This document shows, one piece after another, positions 61,801 through 64,000 of a DNA stretch of 64,000 nucleotides. Made by a program: the position numbers and the translations under genes. Numbering within the stretch: the stretch's first letter is position 1; every line of letters starts with the position of its first letter. The notes beneath the pieces were generated by a model that searched no databases, was not told the DNA's origin, and saw only the letters and a list, made by a program, of their open reading frames with translations. Source of the DNA: Amoebophrya sp. A120. Its lineage: Eukaryota; Protista; Dinoflagellata. The stretch is taken from contig CAJINV010000003.1 in the NCBI GenBank assembly GCA_905178155.1, positions 8,189,117 through 8,253,116 of the forward strand, in the 5' to 3' direction.

Positions 61801-63470
61801 ATGCCTTCGCACGTTGCAAATCCGTTGTCTCTCCAGGCAGCCTCGCCTCAGCCCGACAGCAAGGAGTCTATAAATTGCGCATTTACGGTCATGCAAAGGC
61901 GAAATGTCGAAGATGAAGACCGGATCCGGAACTGTCCTCGGCAACGGCAGACCAGCAGGGGCCGCAGGCTGTCTTTCTCGTCTGGCACGTCTGAGGAACG
62001 ACGCGCTCCTGCTGGGCCAAGGCATGAAGACAGCCGGAGTTGTACGAACATCCGATCAAAAGCAAATGCCAACATGCGCGGCGCTGGCACGACACGCATA
62101 GGCATCAAGCGTGAAGATACTAGCGATCACCGGATATTAGAGCGAGCAGCGGGTTCTTTGTCATCAGCAGCATCCGGAAAAGTGATGAAGGGCAATGTTG
62201 AAAGGAACGGAGCGGAACCCGAAGCGACGAAGCAGGTCATGAAGATAGACAGGCGCGTGGACAACAGCTGTGTTCGGGAGAAAAAAGTGCAGCGACATGA
62301 TGAAGCTGCTTCTTCACCTGATCGTCGAGAAAACCCAAGTACAACGACCATGGCGAAACAAGTAGGCACCAGAAATAAGGCAAAAGAAGGAGGGACTGTC
62401 GCAGAGGTGTCGTCTTTATCAAAATTTCAGCGTCCACCTTCAGCTTGTTCAAAAAAAATGTCACCAAGATCGCGGGAATTACATTTGCTCCGGGACTCCA
62501 GTACCAGCAGCAGCTCCAGTACCAGCAGCAGCGCACCACCCACAGAAGTTCATGTGGAGGACGAAAATGATTTCGCGGGAACCGACCGACCAGCGTCAAT
62601 GGCCCCGTCCGAAGTGAGCACTTTGTCGCATCGTGGTGCATCCTGCTCTTTAGCATCTGCTCAGCAAAAAAGCCTCCACACTTCCAAAACTACAGTGTCG
62701 TTCGGGGAGAAGGCTTGGCGGCTACTAACAACGAGTGGCAAGAAGAAGACTCCTGAAGCGACTCCTTGCATCACAAGCGACCTCGGTGATGAACGCTCCG
62801 CAATATTACGTGCGCCACCTGCAAGCCGTCGCCCAGCGCCTTCAGCCAAGTCGCCACGTCTTGGCATGGCGGGTGCAAAATGTAGTAGCAAAGACTTTTT
62901 TACAACGACGAACAAAATAAAGGTTTCCAGGAGACCCAGACATTTTTACAATCCATAGTGGAAAAGCTGTTGCAACTTCTCGCTGCGGCCACGCCGGAGG
63001 AGCAGGAAGAACACGATAACGACCCGAGTGACACCAGTTCTATGCACACGAAAAAATCATCCTCCGTCGGCAACAACTTCCAGCGGTGCAGGTTGCTCCT
63101 CACCGCCCTGGAGGCGTACCGCATGAATCCGAACATTACGGCGACCATTCTCAACGAAATTATCCCATTGTTGAACAAAAGCAAATCCCACGGCGGCATG
63201 CACCTCTGCGACCTCGCCTTGCCCTATTTTGCGGGGCTGAAAAAAGCCTGCGCGGGGCAGCTGCCAAGGTTAGCGGAGATTTTGGAAATCTGCCGGAAGT
63301 ACTGCAAGATCCCGTTCAAGGGCTACATCGCGTTTTACCAAAACGCCGGGCCTCTATTTCCTCTCCAACAGGAAAGGCAAACCGCGGAGCAATTGGAAGA
63401 ACTGTTTCTCCCGGACGACACTTTATTTGACGAATTTCTCGGCTACCGAGAAACCTTTGCGGACGCGGTC
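61801..63470 (+). CDS. Hypothetical protein, probably continuing beyond the window
   Basis: Low-complexity ORF 61774-62880 can be joined in frame, via a short GT-AG intron ending at 62958, to the helical ORF 62958-63470. Confidence 0.5.
62873..62957. mobile_element. Orphan family-A right TIR / introner remnant
   Basis: AGACCCAGACATTTTTACAATCCATA with no intact left TIR. Confidence 0.65.
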
Positions 63471-64000
63471 TATGAGAGTGCACAACCCCCCCTCCGACCC
63501 CCTCATTTGTAGTACGGCATGGACAGCAACACAAGCACCGGCAGAAATGTAGCTTCCGCATGACAAATTTACGTGCGGACTCTAGTAGGTACTGTTTATG
63601 AGCTTCGGAAATTCGTCATGCAGACAGAGCTCATAGGCACCGTGTGGATTTGGGTTTTCGCATTACAAATGAGGGGGAAGGGCGGGAGTTGTTGTGCAAT
63701 GTCATACGGTTCGAGAGATCGTAACCACCAGCGAAGAGACACTGGCGGTTGTTCGCGGCTCTTTGGAAAAAGTTTCCGCGCTTTTCCAAAAAGCGTCGCA
63801 GCTGCAGGTACAAGCAGAGACCGCGAAACTACCCTTAGTGAACCTTCCGCACCCGAGCGGGGCGGGGGCCGCGGTTGAGCAATTGGATGATTTACTGCTC
63901 GAACTCGAGGAGCATTTCTTCTTTTTGAGCTGTTTAGCCCGGAACATCCAGGGACTGCACATGCCGTACAATGTAGCAAAGACTTTTTTACAACGACGAA
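63471..64000. mobile_element. Probable introner, family-C-like left end; right end outside the window
   Basis: TATGAGAGTGCACAACCCC resembles the 49134 left TIR; the ORF stops shortly after; CATGACA motif inside. Confidence 0.55.

Overview
Eukaryotic, intron-containing DNA in which all ~15 recognisable protein genes lie on the + strand. Recognisable products: kinesin, SDR dehydrogenase, Tim44-like protein, EMC5/MMgT, SLC43-like MFS transporter, DUF4203 membrane protein, a DUF1752-motif protein, surface/membrane proteins and hypotheticals. Co-orientation plus abundant non-canonical introns points to a syndinian dinoflagellate such as Amoebophrya (inference). The dominant signal is an invasion of coding exons by at least 14 complete small (107-431 bp) elements. 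All begin TAT, end ATA (one ACA), carry terminal inverted repeats (TIRs) and are flanked by 5-bp target-site duplications (TSDs); removing them restores every reading frame, so they behave as introners. Their geometry gives a simple rule: an intron made of element + 1 nt of each TSD always reads NT...AN, works in either orientation, and leaves exactly one extra codon. A 1.8-kb element with the same termini and TSD length and ~60-bp TIRs (54092-55883) is a candidate decayed parent. Also present: a Helitron2-like non-autonomous element (two copies), GC-rich hairpin satellites, and several templated micro-duplications. Exon boundaries and product calls were made by eye, without RNA data or database searches.
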